Of a stretch of DNA of 64,000 nt, positions 54,748 through 64,000 are shown piece by piece; position 1 is the stretch's first letter; every line of letters starts with the position of its first letter. The notes beneath the pieces are model-generated. The model was not told the DNA's origin and ran no database searches. It saw only the letters and a list, made by a program, of their open reading frames with translations. A program made the translations under genes and the position numbers. The stretch lies in contig OZ242309.1 of assembly GCA_965208015.1 (NCBI GenBank), positions 800,247-864,246 of the forward strand, read 5' to 3'. This DNA is from Dehalococcoidia bacterium. Its GTDB lineage: Bacteria > Chloroflexota > Dehalococcoidia > Lucifugimonadales > UBA3495.

Positions 54748-55950
54748 TTAGATCAGGACCAGGTTGTTGCGGTGGATGACTTCCTGGCCGTAATGGTATC
54801 CCAGGGTGTCGACGATGCGGTCGGAACGCATCCCTTGGATCTGTCCCACGTCGGCGGCCGAATAGTTGGCAATTCCGCAGGCAACGTGATTATCCGCGAG
54901 ATCGGATACGTAAATGATATCGCCCCGGCCGAAGCTGCCCACCACGTTGCGGACACCGGCGGGCAGCAGGCTCACCGCGCCGCGCCGCAGGGCGGTTACC
55001 GCGCCGTCGTCGACCACGACCTGTCCCCAATCGGTGTCGCCGACGCGCGACAGCATCCAGCGCTTGCGAGCCTCCAACTTGCTCTGGGCCGGCTTGAAGA
55101 AGGTGCCCACCGGCTCACCGCGCGCGACGCGCAGCAAGGCATCCGGGTTGCGTCCTCGGCAGATGGCCATGGCGATGCCGGAGGTGGTCACCAGGTGGGC
55201 TGCGTGCAGCTTGGTGGGCATTCCGCCCCGCGCCCAGGCGTTCCGGTGCTCGCCGGCCATGGCGAATACGCTGTCGTCGACAGAGTCGACCGTTTCGATA
55301 CGCGAGGCCGTCGGATCCGAGCCGGGGTCGGCGGTGTAAAGGCCGTCCACGTCGGACAGGATGATCAACAGGTCGGCATCGATGAGGGCGGCGATAAGGG
55401 AAGACAGGCGGTCGTTGTCGCCGAATACCTCGCCAATTTCGTCGGCTGCCACCACATCGTTCTCGTTGACGATGGGAACGACGCCAAGATCCAGCAGTGA
55501 GAGCAGCGTGTTGCGCACGTTGAGGTAGGATTGCCGCTGCGAAAGGTCGTGCAGGGTGAGCAAAACCTGGGCCACCCCGAGGTCATGGCCGGCGAACAGA
55601 TCGGCGTAGATGTGCATGAGCCGGCTCTGGCCCAGTGCGGCGTAGACCTGCCGGGTAGGTATATCCGGGATCTCGGCCGCCGACTGACGGCCGGCCGCGA
55701 TGGCCCCCGAAGTAACCAGGAGCATCTGGACCTCATTCACCTTCTGGAGCAGGGCGATCTGGGACACGAGGTCGCGCATGACGCTGATGTCCAGCGCGTC
55801 GCCCGCGTCTCCGGTGAGCACGCCAGTTCCGGCCTTGACCACGATGCGATGGTAAGGAGATGCGTGCGTTGCCTCGCCGGATTCCAGCGGCAGTGTGGCG
55901 GCGTCGGTCATGTGCCGCGAGATTGACATGGCAAGATCCGGATTGTTCAT
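54748..55950 (-). CDS. proB: glutamate 5-kinase with PUA domain
   Basis: RIVVKAGTG, amino-acid kinase core and a C-terminal PUA region. Start uncertain (ATG 55950, 55929 or 55911), and none has an SD. Confidence 0.9.
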   Translation of the reverse strand: MNNPDLAMSISRHMTDAATLPLESGEATHASPYHRIVVKAGTGVLTGDAGDALDISVMRDLVSQIALLQKVNEVQMLLVTSGAIAAGRQSAAEIPDIPTRQVYAALGQSRLMHIYADLFAGHDLGVAQVLLTLHDLSQRQSYLNVRNTLLSLLDLGVVPIVNENDVVAADEIGEVFGDNDRLSSLIAALIDADLLIILSDVDGLYTADPGSDPTASRIETVDSVDDSVFAMAGEHRNAWARGGMPTKLHAAHLVTTSGIAMAICRGRNPDALLRVARGEPVGTFFKPAQSKLEARKRWMLSRVGDTDWGQVVVDDGAVTALRRGAVSLLPAGVRNVVGSFGRGDIIYVSDLADNHVACGIANYSAADVGQIQGMRSDRIVDTLGYHYGQEVIHRNNLVLI

Positions 55951-55965
55951 GGCAGGGGTTAGTGA

Positions 55966-55974
55966 ATTATATCA
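55966..55974 (-). promoter_or_regulatory. extended -10 TGATATAAT upstream of proB
   Basis: The minus strand reads TGATATAAT, ending 15 nt before ATG 55950. This implies a very short or absent leader. Confidence 0.4.
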
Positions 55975-56026
55975 CCAGGGGTATTCGGTCCCGCTCGAAG
56001 AACCCGGCGAGCGGATGTCATATCAC

Positions 56027-56056
56027 TTGGACACGGGCGACCAACAGGCGTACAAT
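56027..56056 (+). promoter_or_regulatory. sigma70-like promoter TTGGAC-18-TACAAT upstream of mfd
   Basis: TTGGAC 56027..56032, 18-nt spacer, TACAAT 56051..56056, 74 nt before ATG 56131. Confidence 0.4.
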
Positions 56057-56130
56057 TTTCGCGCGGGGCTGGCCTACGGTCAGTCCCGTATCGGCGTGTG
56101 ATCAACAACCAACCATTGCCTGGGTGAAAA

Positions 56131-59100
56131 ATGGCTCTGACCGGACTGCTCTCTCTCTTCGCTGCACAACCGAGGATGCGGCAGCATCTGCGGAACCTGG
56201 AGCGGCCGGGCGCACGGGGGAACTTGGCAATCGACGGCGACCACCAGGCAGTGTACGTCGGGGCGCTTTGGCAACTGCAACAGCGGCCCGTTGTGGTGAT
56301 CACGCCACGGCTGGAGGACGCCCGGAGGCTTCACGATCAACTGGTGGAATACCTGGGTGACGAGGCGGCGGTATATTTGCTGCCAGAACCCGAAGTGTTG
56401 CCATTCGAGCGGCTGGCGGTCGACGCGCGAACGGGCAACCAGCGGCTGTCCGCACTGGCGGCGCTGGCAAGCTGCGATCCCAGGGACGCGGAAGGCGCCA
56501 TACCGCTGGTAGTCACTTCGCTTGCTTCGGCGCTCCGGCTGACGCTGTCCCCTGAGCTGGCGACCGGTCGCCACCCAACCGTGGAAGGCGCCCATGAATT
56601 GACGAAGGGCCGGAGAATCGGGTCAATTGACGCGCTGCTCGCTGCCTGGATAGAACTGGGATACCAACGAGAACCCCAGGTAGAGATCCCCGGAACCTTT
56701 AGCCTGCGGGGTGGCATCCTGGACGTTTTTCCGACCAACGCCGGCCTGCCCTACCGGCTGGAGATGTGGGACGACGAAGTCGACACCATCCGGCGTTTCG
56801 ATCCGGAGACGCAGCGGTCGGTGGGCGATGCCGAGCGTGTTGCCATCGTGCCGGCTCGTGAGCAACTGCCGGAGCTTTGCGACGCCGCGTGGTTCGACGA
56901 ACGGCGTGGCAGGATAGACCTGAGCGCGTGCAACGGGGGTACCGTCGCCCGGTTCCAGGAAGAGCTCGCGCATCTGCTGACCGAGCCCAACCCCGAAACA
57001 CTGGCCTTTTACAACGGGTTTCTCAACCGTCATACGCTGGCCGATTACCTGCCCGCGGACGCCATCATCGTGATGGACCGGCCCAACCGGCTGGCCGGGG
57101 AAGCGGAGGAACAGGAGGCAAAGTACGAACAGCAGCGAGCCAACCGTCAGGACCGGGGCGAGTTACCTTTCGGTTTTCCGTCGCCGTCCGCAGATTGGGA
57201 CAGCATCACCCAGAGGATGCGCACGGATGGCATAGCTACCGTGAGTATGGAGCGCTGGGGCAATGAGGAATCCCCAACGATGTTGCAGTCGCTGCCCGAC
57301 CAGAGTGCCGGGTTGACTCACTTCACCGATGATGTGGGAGATAGGGTCGCCAGTGGCGGTGCGGTGGTTACCGTCACGCAGCACGCCGCGCGATTGGTCC
57401 AAGTGCTTGAGGAAGCCGGGGTCGCGGCGACGCTGGAGGACGGCCTGCGGGCCCGTCCCCGGGCCGGTCGGGTACAAGTGCTCACGGGCGCGCTTAGCCG
57501 TGGGTGGCAGACGGAAGCAACGGACAACGAGCCGGCGGTTGCGGTTTATAGCGACGCCGAACTGTTCGGCACCGTCAAAAGACGGAGCTACCGTCCATCG
57601 CGCACACGAAGAGATCTTGGTGATGCGGTGTCCTTGGGTGATCTGACCCCCGGCAGTTTCGTCGTGCACATCGACCACGGTGTCGCCAAATTTGTCGGCA
57701 CCGCCCAGTTGGAATCCACAGGCGATGACCGGGAGTACCTGGTGCTCGAATACGCGGAGGACGACCGGCTCTACGTGCCGACGGAGCAGATCGACCGTCT
57801 GGGCGCATATGTGGCCGCCACTGATCAGCCGCCGACCCTGACTCGACTCGGCGGAAGCGAATGGCAGCGCATCAAGGACCGCGCCCAGGGCGCCGCCAGG
57901 GAAATCGCCGAAGAGCTGCTCCGGCTGTACGCGGTCCGGGAAACGGTGACCGGGCACCGCTTCGGCCCGGACGCGGCCTGGCAACGCGATCTGGAAGATT
58001 CGTTCCCATACCAGGAGACTCCCGATCAGATGCAGGCCATCGACGAAGTCAAGAATGACATGGAAGCCAGCAAGCCCATGGACCGTCTGATCTGCGGCGA
58101 CGTGGGTTACGGCAAGACCGAAGTCGCGCTGCGGGCAGCCTTCAAGACGGTCAACGAGGGAATGCAGGTCGCCGTCCTGGTGCCGACCACGGTGCTGGCC
58201 CAGCAGCACTACGCCACCTTCGCGGAGCGGCTCGCTCCCTATCCGGTAAAGGTGGAGGTTTTGAGCCGGTTCCGGACCCACAAGGAGCAGGACGAGGTGG
58301 TCGGAGCGGCCAAGTCCGGCATGGTGGACATCGTGATCGGAACTCACCGCATCCTGCAAAAGGACATGGGGTTCAAAAACCTGGGGCTGGTGATCATTGA
58401 CGAGGAACACCGGTTCGGGGTGGCGCACAAGGAACGCCTGAAGCAGATGCGCGCCGAGGTGGACGTGATGACGCTGAGCGCGACGCCCATCCCCCGGACG
58501 CTGCACATGGCGCTGGCCGGCGTGCGGGACATGAGCGTGATCCACACGCCGCCGGAAGCCCGATTGCCGGTCAAGACCTTCGTTTCCGAAGACAGCGCCG
58601 AACCCGTGCGCGAGGCAATATTGCGGGAACTGGAGAGGGACGGACAGGTGTTTTTCCTGCACAACCGGGTGCGCACGATACACAACATCGCCGAAGAGCT
58701 GGGCAAGCTGGTGCCCGAGGCTCGAATCCTGGTGGGCCACGGCCAGATGCCCGAATCGGAACTGGAAGAAGTGATGGTGGCGTTCGCCAACCGGGAAGCC
58801 GACGTGCTGGTCTGCACCACGATCATCGAGTCCGGTCTGGACATGCCCAATGTGAACACCATCATCATCGACCGGGCGGACCGGTTCGGCTTGGCGCAGC
58901 TCTACCAATTGCGCGGCCGCGTTGGCCGTGGCGACCACCGGGCCTACGCCTACCTGCTGTTGCCGGACAACCAGGAGATCACCGAGGCCGCCAGCAAGCG
59001 CATCCACGCCATCCTCGAAGCCAACGAACTGGGGGCTGGGTTCCGCATCGCCATGCGCGACCTGGAGATCCGGGGCGCCGGGAACCTGCTCGGCGCGGAC

Positions 59101-59766
59101 CAGAGCGGACAGATCCACGCGGTGGGCCTGAACCTGTACTCCGAGTTACTCAACCAGGCGGTGCAGGACCTGGTGAACGGAAACTCCGGTGAAACCAGCG
59201 CCGCGGCTGAGCCTCCGCCCCGAATTGATCTGCAAATGCCCGCGTTCATTCCGCGGGGATATATCGAGCACATGCCGGCGCGACTCGCTTTCTACCAAAG
59301 GCTGTCCAACATTACCGACCGGGCGCAGATTCCGGCGGTTAAGGGGGACATGGAAGACCGTTTCGGACCCGTCCCGCCGGAGGTCGCCCACCTGCTGGCG
59401 ATCACAGACCTGCGCTGTCTGGGCGCGGCCGCTGGAGCCGAATCCATCGCCAGCGGCGCCGACGGCATCATCACCGTGGTGTTTCGGCATCCGGTGGGAG
59501 ACGCGCGCCAGGCGTTGCAAAACAAGATGGGGCCAGGAATCCGGGTCGGCCGGCGCGACATGGAAGTGCGAACGGCCGGCGATACGGATTTCGGCATGGC
59601 GCGCCTGGGGCGAGCGTTGCGACGAGTGGCATCGTTCATCGACGAAATGCGGGCGGCCATGGAAGCAGCAGAATCCGCTCAGACTACTGCCCAGGTACCG
59701 TCAGAAGCGCCGGCGCGGGGCCGACGACGGCGACGTCCGGTGAGGCAACCGGTCGCCGCCGACTGA
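56131..59766 (+). CDS. mfd: transcription-repair coupling factor
   Basis: UvrB-homology N-terminus, RNAP-interaction domain, and helicase motifs GDVGYGKTEVA, DEEHRFG and QLRGRVGR. Confidence 0.95.
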   Translation: MALTGLLSLFAAQPRMRQHLRNLERPGARGNLAIDGDHQAVYVGALWQLQQRPVVVITPRLEDARRLHDQLVEYLGDEAAVYLLPEPEVLPFERLAVDARTGNQRLSALAALASCDPRDAEGAIPLVVTSLASALRLTLSPELATGRHPTVEGAHELTKGRRIGSIDALLAAWIELGYQREPQVEIPGTFSLRGGILDVFPTNAGLPYRLEMWDDEVDTIRRFDPETQRSVGDAERVAIVPAREQLPELCDAAWFDERRGRIDLSACNGGTVARFQEELAHLLTEPNPETLAFYNGFLNRHTLADYLPADAIIVMDRPNRLAGEAEEQEAKYEQQRANRQDRGELPFGFPSPSADWDSITQRMRTDGIATVSMERWGNEESPTMLQSLPDQSAGLTHFTDDVGDRVASGGAVVTVTQHAARLVQVLEEAGVAATLEDGLRARPRAGRVQVLTGALSRGWQTEATDNEPAVAVYSDAELFGTVKRRSYRPSRTRRDLGDAVSLGDLTPGSFVVHIDHGVAKFVGTAQLESTGDDREYLVLEYAEDDRLYVPTEQIDRLGAYVAATDQPPTLTRLGGSEWQRIKDRAQGAAREIAEELLRLYAVRETVTGHRFGPDAAWQRDLEDSFPYQETPDQMQAIDEVKNDMEASKPMDRLICGDVGYGKTEVALRAAFKTVNEGMQVAVLVPTTVLAQQHYATFAERLAPYPVKVEVLSRFRTHKEQDEVVGAAKSGMVDIVIGTHRILQKDMGFKNLGLVIIDEEHRFGVAHKERLKQMRAEVDVMTLSATPIPRTLHMALAGVRDMSVIHTPPEARLPVKTFVSEDSAEPVREAILRELERDGQVFFLHNRVRTIHNIAEELGKLVPEARILVGHGQMPESELEEVMVAFANREADVLVCTTIIESGLDMPNVNTIIIDRADRFGLAQLYQLRGRVGRGDHRAYAYLLLPDNQEITEAASKRIHAILEANELGAGFRIAMRDLEIRGAGNLLGADQSGQIHAVGLNLYSELLNQAVQDLVNGNSGETSAAAEPPPRIDLQMPAFIPRGYIEHMPARLAFYQRLSNITDRAQIPAVKGDMEDRFGPVPPEVAHLLAITDLRCLGAAAGAESIASGADGIITVVFRHPVGDARQALQNKMGPGIRVGRRDMEVRTAGDTDFGMARLGRALRRVASFIDEMRAAMEAAESAQTTAQVPSEAPARGRRRRRPVRQPVAAD

Positions 59767-59769
59767 GCC

Positions 59770-61425
59770 TTATTCCTCACTCAGGGGTTCCAAGTCTGCC
59801 GTCGTGCGCAAGCCCGCGGTACGGTTCCCCCGACTGCGGCGCCGCAGCTGCACGATGGCCACGATGACGATGATGATTACTACAACGATGACGGCAACGA
59901 TCACCCCAATGATGATCCACATCTCTGCGTCAGAATACTTTGTAGATACCGATACCTGGAGCCTGGCGTCCGGAGCGTCGGCAGCGGGATTTTGGCCCAG
60001 CGCGCTGTAATTCCAACGCTGGATCTCGGCCAGGCCGCCGCCGTATTCCATGATGTCCCTCAAGTCTGAGGACTTCACCACGAGAGCCATGTCCATAGTG
60101 ACGAATTCGTCCTGGTCACTTCTGGTTTCGTTCCAACTGTCCACGTATCCGCCCAGCGATTCGACCCTCTCCCTGATCTGCTCGGCGACGGACAGCGGAT
60201 CGGAGGCCGATAGGTACAAGGATGCCTCCAGGTCCACGTTGGATCGAATGGCCAGCGTGAAACGGGCATTGGACACCTCGTTGAGTGGCGCCGGTCCTAC
60301 CGAGGTTAACTGCCGGCCCGACGCCGCCCCCAAGGTTGCTGCGTAATCCATCAATGGAGCCAGGTCAGCGGGCTTGACGAATACGATCAAATCGACCGCG
60401 CGCCCCTCACCTGCATCGTATGAACGCTTCTGGCCTACGTAACCGTCCAGTGCGCTAACCCGGGCAACAACGGCATCGGCCACGGCGGACGGATCACCCG
60501 TGGTGAGCTCCAGATTGCCCACCGGAGGATCGGCAGCGTACTGCGCGGGCAATCGCAGGTTGACCGTGATAAGAGAAGTGGCGACGCGGCCGGTCAGATC
60601 CCGCTGAGTGGCTTCGACGTGCTCAATGTCGGAACGAACCTCTGCGATGCGCTGCTCGATCTGGATGATGTCCTCAACAGTGGGCGCGTTTTCGAGCAAC
60701 GTGACCAGGCGTTCTTCCTGGGCGTACCAGGCGGTGAGGCGAGCCTGATTATCGATGAGACGCTCGGTCACATCCGTTGACGAAACCCCCTCGTCAGTAA
60801 CGCGCCCCATGGCCCGCAGTGAATCCAGGCCGTTGTTCAGTCGGTCGGCGGGGACTCGGATGCGCACGGTGGCCGAGCGGTAGCCGGCCTCACCGTATAC
60901 TTCGGCCGACTCAACCCAGCCGCCGCTCTGAGCCGCCAAAGTCTCCACCTGTCGCACCGAGGCGTCGATGTTCGCCACCTCAAGGCTCATCCACGACTCG
61001 ACAATCAGCTGACGGGCGGATTGCGGCTGGGCCGGTTGCGTGGACCCGCCGCTCGCCCGGCGAGCGGCGGGTGCGGCCGGCGCCGATTGCTGCTGCGCGG
61101 CTTGTGGGACCGCCGTAGGCACAGCTGCTGCGGCCATTGGGACGACAGCCGCCGGTGTGGCCGCAAATCCCTGCCGTCTATCGGATCGTGCCGAACCGTC
61201 TGTCCCGGCCGGACCGGGTGCGCCTTGCGGGCCGGCTACGCCCGGCGGGCCGGACTCTTGCCGCACCGATTCCGGTTCGGAGTTGGAGTCTTCGGCATGT
61301 TGCGCGGCCGGCGCGGCGGGTGCCATCGCTGGAGCACTCTCCGCCCCGCCGCAGGCAAGCGCCAACGCGGCCATGACCAGCATCAGTGTGGGCAACCAGA
61401 TCTTCTTGAGATTAAGGATACGCAT
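59770..61425 (-). CDS. DUF4349-like lipoprotein with extra repeated modules and C-terminal TM anchor
   Basis: MRILNLKK... with lipobox LACGG and an Ala/Pro-rich linker. The DUF4349-like core follows (SWMSLEVANIDASVRQVETLAAQSGGWVE...coiled coil), then two further copies of the alpha/beta module and the TM segment MWIIIGVIVAVIVVVIIIVIVAIV. AAGGGGGAG RBS. Confidence 0.7.
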   Translation of the reverse strand: MRILNLKKIWLPTLMLVMAALALACGGAESAPAMAPAAPAAQHAEDSNSEPESVRQESGPPGVAGPQGAPGPAGTDGSARSDRRQGFAATPAAVVPMAAAAVPTAVPQAAQQQSAPAAPAARRASGGSTQPAQPQSARQLIVESWMSLEVANIDASVRQVETLAAQSGGWVESAEVYGEAGYRSATVRIRVPADRLNNGLDSLRAMGRVTDEGVSSTDVTERLIDNQARLTAWYAQEERLVTLLENAPTVEDIIQIEQRIAEVRSDIEHVEATQRDLTGRVATSLITVNLRLPAQYAADPPVGNLELTTGDPSAVADAVVARVSALDGYVGQKRSYDAGEGRAVDLIVFVKPADLAPLMDYAATLGAASGRQLTSVGPAPLNEVSNARFTLAIRSNVDLEASLYLSASDPLSVAEQIRERVESLGGYVDSWNETRSDQDEFVTMDMALVVKSSDLRDIMEYGGGLAEIQRWNYSALGQNPAADAPDARLQVSVSTKYSDAEMWIIIGVIVAVIVVVIIIVIVAIVQLRRRSRGNRTAGLRTTADLEPLSEE

Positions 61426-61499
61426 GTCGGGCTCCCCCTTTCGGCTGCCCATGATACGCAAAGGCGCGATGATTGGTTTGCGAGGCGGGCCGGCGGGTA

Positions 61500-61508
61500 T
61501 GCTACAAT
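61500..61508 (+). promoter_or_regulatory. extended -10 TGCTACAAT upstream of tRNA-Pro
   Basis: Same 9-mer as at 6790..6798. It ends 12 nt before the tRNA 5' end. Confidence 0.4.
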
Positions 61509-61519
61509 CTGAATATAGT

Positions 61520-61595
61520 CGGGGTGTAGCGCAGTGGCTAGCGCGCCACGTTCGGGACGTGGAGGTCGGTGGTTCGAATCCACTCACCCCGACCA
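61520..61595 (+). tRNA. tRNA-Pro (anticodon CGG), CCA encoded
   Basis: Hand-folded cloverleaf: acceptor CGGGGTG/CACCCCG, D arm GCGC-AGTGGCTA-GCGC, anticodon arm CCACG-TTCGGGA-CGTGG (CGG, G37), variable AGGTC, T arm GGTGG-TTCGAAT-CCACT, discriminator A, CCA. Confidence 0.9.
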
Positions 61596-61623
61596 TTATT
61601 TTTGCCCGAACAGGAGGGTTGCG

Positions 61624-63228
61624 ATGGCGCGCCGCAGTTTCTGGGCTTGGGGAATGGAGGACCGGGAATCGTCGCCAGCGGACTATGCGGCGATGGCCGA
61701 GCGGATACACCGCAGGTACGGCGTGTCGCTTCCAGCACCGACGCCGCCCACCGACGCCGACCTCAACCTCCGCAAGCCCCGCTTCACGCCGCATCCTCTG
61801 GTCGCCGATTTTTGCAGCATGGACGACCATGACCGTGCGGCGCACACCTACGGGCGCAGCTTCCGGGACCGGATCCGCGGCTTTAACTGCGAGTTTCCCA
61901 ATCCGCCGGACGTGATCGCCTATCCGCGTACCGAGGAAGAGGTGATCCGGGTGCTGGACTGGTGCGTGAACTCCAACATCGTGGCCATCCCCTACGGCGG
62001 CGGCAGCACGGTTGTCGCCGGGGTCGAGCCGCCGGAAGCGGACAAGGTCTGCACCATCGACCTTACCCGTTTGGGCCAGGTGCTGGAGGTGGACGAAACC
62101 TCGCGGGCGGCCCGGATCCAGGCTGGCGTGCTGGGGCCGGCGCTGGAGGCGCAACTGCGTCCCCACGGTTACACGCTCCGCCACTTTCCGCAGAGTTTCG
62201 AGTTCTCGACGCTGGGCGGATGGATCGCCACCCGCAGCGGCGGCCACTACGCCACCAACCACACTCACATCGACGATTTCGTGGAGTCGGTGCGAATGGT
62301 CACGCCGGCCGGATTGTGGGAGTCGCGGCGGCTGCCGGGCAGCGGCGCCGGGCCCTCGCCCGACCGCATGGTGATCGGAAGCGAGGGTATCCTGGGTATC
62401 ATCACCGAAGCGTGGATGCGGATACAGGCCCGTCCGCGGTTCCGGGCTTCCGCCGGCGTGGTCTTCGACGGCATGCACGCCGCATCCGAGGGAGCTCGGT
62501 TGATTGCACAGGCCAAGCAGTGGCCGGCCAACCTGAGGATGCTGGACCCGTCGGAAGCCGAAGACTTCGCGGGCTTGGACGGCCAACAAGCGCTCTTGAT
62601 CATCGGGTTCGAGTCGGCGGAGATACCGCAAGGCGAGAACATTCGGCAGGCGGTGGCCATTGCCAGGGACGCCGGTGGAACCATCAACGAGGATGACATC
62701 GTGGTGGCCGACGCTGCCGAGCGGTCAACATCGTCGGCCGGCCGCCAGGGAGCCGTAGGGAACTGGCGGGATTCGTTCATCAATGCGCCCTACGAAAGAA
62801 ACGCGACCATTGGCTTCGGCATCGTCGCCGAGACGCTGGAAACGTCTATCACCTGGGAGCGTTGGCCGGCAATGGACGAAATGGTGCGCGGAGCGTTGCA
62901 AGAAGCGCTGCAACAGACCTGCGGAGGAGGGCGCGTGTCGTGTCGCTTTACGCACGTCTACCCGGACGGGCCGGCGCCCTACTACACCTTCGAGGGTCTG
63001 GGCCAAGTGGGTGGTGAGCTGGAGGCCCATGCCGAGATCAAGCAGGCGGCGTCGGACGCCGTCATGGCCGCCGGCGGCACGATCACACACCACCACGCGG
63101 TGGGACGGACCCACCGGCCGTGGTATGACGAGCAGCGACCCGACCCGTTCGCCGAAGCGTTGCGGGCGATCAAGCGGTCGGTGGACCCCAACGGAATACT
63201 GAACCCGGGCGTCTTGATCAATCCCTAA
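61624..63228 (+). CDS. FAD-linked oxidase (PCMH-type; alkyl-DHAP synthase/GlcD-like)
   Basis: MARRSFWAWGMED N-terminus, FAD-binding region (VAIPYGGGSTVVAG, LEVDETSRAARIQAGV) and a C-terminal HHHAVG motif. ATG 61624 has AGGAGGG upstream. The track start at 61534 would overlap the tRNA. Confidence 0.8.
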   Translation: MARRSFWAWGMEDRESSPADYAAMAERIHRRYGVSLPAPTPPTDADLNLRKPRFTPHPLVADFCSMDDHDRAAHTYGRSFRDRIRGFNCEFPNPPDVIAYPRTEEEVIRVLDWCVNSNIVAIPYGGGSTVVAGVEPPEADKVCTIDLTRLGQVLEVDETSRAARIQAGVLGPALEAQLRPHGYTLRHFPQSFEFSTLGGWIATRSGGHYATNHTHIDDFVESVRMVTPAGLWESRRLPGSGAGPSPDRMVIGSEGILGIITEAWMRIQARPRFRASAGVVFDGMHAASEGARLIAQAKQWPANLRMLDPSEAEDFAGLDGQQALLIIGFESAEIPQGENIRQAVAIARDAGGTINEDDIVVADAAERSTSSAGRQGAVGNWRDSFINAPYERNATIGFGIVAETLETSITWERWPAMDEMVRGALQEALQQTCGGGRVSCRFTHVYPDGPAPYYTFEGLGQVGGELEAHAEIKQAASDAVMAAGGTITHHHAVGRTHRPWYDEQRPDPFAEALRAIKRSVDPNGILNPGVLINP

Positions 63229-63264
63229 GCTGACGACACGTCTGGCACGAAGGAGGGACTTGCC

Positions 63265-64000
63265 ATGCGCGGAGTAGTTTTCACGGGAGACAAAGAAGTA
63301 GAGATCCGCACCCTGCCTGACCCGCATCCCGGGCCCGGAGAGGTGGTAATCGCCATGAAAGCGTCGGGGCTGTGCGGCAGCGACCTGCGCCATTACCGCG
63401 CGCCCAAGGCGGATCGCGGCGACCCGGGGAACCTCAAGGTGGCCGGCCACGAGCCCTGCGGGGTCATCGCGGAAATCGGATCCGGCGTCACGGAGGTGGC
63501 GGTCGGCGACCGGGTGATGATGCATCACTACACCGGCTGCCGAGCCTGCACCATGTGTCGCGTCGGCTATACGCAGATGTGTCTGTACGGCTCCACGGTA
63601 TACGGGACCGGAGCCAACGGCGGGCACGAGGACTACCTGGTCTGCCCGGCGTACACCTGCGTCAAAATGCCGGAAGGCTTGGATTTTGATGAAGGAGCGG
63701 CGTGCGCGTGCGGAACCGGAACCGCGTTCTGGGCATTGAAGCGGCTGAACATTTCCGGCGACGACACGCTGGCGATCTTCGGCCAGGGACCCGTGGGGGC
63801 CAGCGGAACAATGTTCGCCAAGGCCATGGGCGCCCGGGTCATTGCGGTGGATGTGGACACTGAGCGGCTGGAGTTGGCGCAATGCCTGGGCGCAGACGTG
63901 TGCATCGACGCCGGCACGCAGAACCCCGTCGAAGCCATACGCGAACTGACCCACGGCGAGGGATCTCCGGCGACCTTGGACTGCACGGGCCGGCCTGAAG
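63265..64000 (+). CDS. zinc-dependent medium-chain alcohol dehydrogenase/reductase (3' end outside window)
   Basis: My own translation from ATG 63265 (AGGAGGG RBS): MRGVVFTGDKEVEIRTLPDP..., catalytic GHEPCG, structural-zinc CRACTMCRVGYTQMC and Rossmann GQGPVG. The frame is open to the window end, so it is absent from the ORF track. Confidence 0.85.
   Translation, partial: MRGVVFTGDKEVEIRTLPDPHPGPGEVVIAMKASGLCGSDLRHYRAPKADRGDPGNLKVAGHEPCGVIAEIGSGVTEVAVGDRVMMHHYTGCRACTMCRVGYTQMCLYGSTVYGTGANGGHEDYLVCPAYTCVKMPEGLDFDEGAACACGTGTAFWALKRLNISGDDTLAIFGQGPVGASGTMFAKAMGARVIAVDVDTERLELAQCLGADVCIDAGTQNPVEAIRELTHGEGSPATLDCTGRPE

Noticed and set aside
57163-59118. 651-aa ORF antisense to mfd. Other long antisense ORFs of the same kind are 6715..7545, 7386..8231, 9965..10897, 14666..15700, 29031..30131, 37331..38539, 39099..40466, 45940..47034 and 62725..63954.
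   Set aside because: Each lies opposite a gene with unambiguous family motifs. Each has the Arg/Gly/Pro/His-rich composition typical of stop-free antisense frames in GC-rich DNA, and none shows a recognisable domain.
61426-61700. tRNA-Pro as an integration site for a genomic island
   Set aside because: No integrase, no direct repeat of the tRNA 3' end and no compositional shift on either side. The flanking genes look like ordinary chromosomal genes.
61426-62631. N-terminal 400 aa of the 953-aa minus-strand ORF 59770..62631
   Set aside because: It runs straight through the tRNA-Pro gene and antisense to a well-supported FAD-linked oxidase. Its composition is Arg/Pro/Gly-rich. A proper start (ATG 61425 with an AAGGGGGAG RBS and a lipoprotein signal peptide) explains the real gene.
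1-64000. CRISPR arrays, transposases/IS elements, toxin-antitoxin pairs and known defence systems
   Set aside because: No regularly spaced direct repeats, no DDE or serine/tyrosine recombinase-like ORFs, no small paired ORFs of TA type and no defence-associated domain combinations were seen. The only repeats are short REP-like palindromes.

Overview
GC-rich bacterial chromosomal segment carrying about 55 protein genes and one tRNA, tightly packed with many 1-4 nt start/stop overlaps. The GC-rich call is by eye. Lineage is inference only: F420-type enzymes, lipoprotein binding proteins with long Pro/Ala/Thr linkers, a split transketolase and a translin homologue suggest Chloroflexota-like or actinobacterial-like. 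Most content is housekeeping: polA, ileS, mutM, ffh, mfd, proBA, thiE, thiD, folB, sbcC and a split transketolase. There is also a peptide-type ABC importer with two paralogous lipoprotein binding proteins, an ABC-2 exporter pair, a two-component system and several oxidoreductases. I see no transposase, integrase, prophage, CRISPR array or recognisable defence island. Six items stand out. (1) A candidate selenoprotein gene at 11083..11655 has an in-frame TGA inside a U-x-x-C motif and a SECIS-like hairpin, and is flanked by an uncharacterised 345-aa gene. (2) A single 699-aa ORF at 34772..36871 fuses a DapA-like class I aldolase, an MfnB-like (furan-aldehyde phosphate synthase) domain and a TusA-like domain. 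It lies next to a three-subunit molybdenum hydroxylase. (3) A translationally coupled repair operon has a first gene that fuses a PF04909-type amidohydrolase/decarboxylase to a Mug/TDG-type glycosylase, followed by thpR and an alkA-like gene. (4) A two-component system is paired with a lipoprotein built from a duplicated domain and Gly/Glu/His repeats. (5) The duplicated binding-protein genes have conserved promoters and AT-rich upstream islands, one containing a perfect 19-bp palindrome. (6) Two kinds of REP-like palindromic elements sit in intergenic gaps. Many long ORFs in the track are antisense artefacts of high GC content and were rejected.
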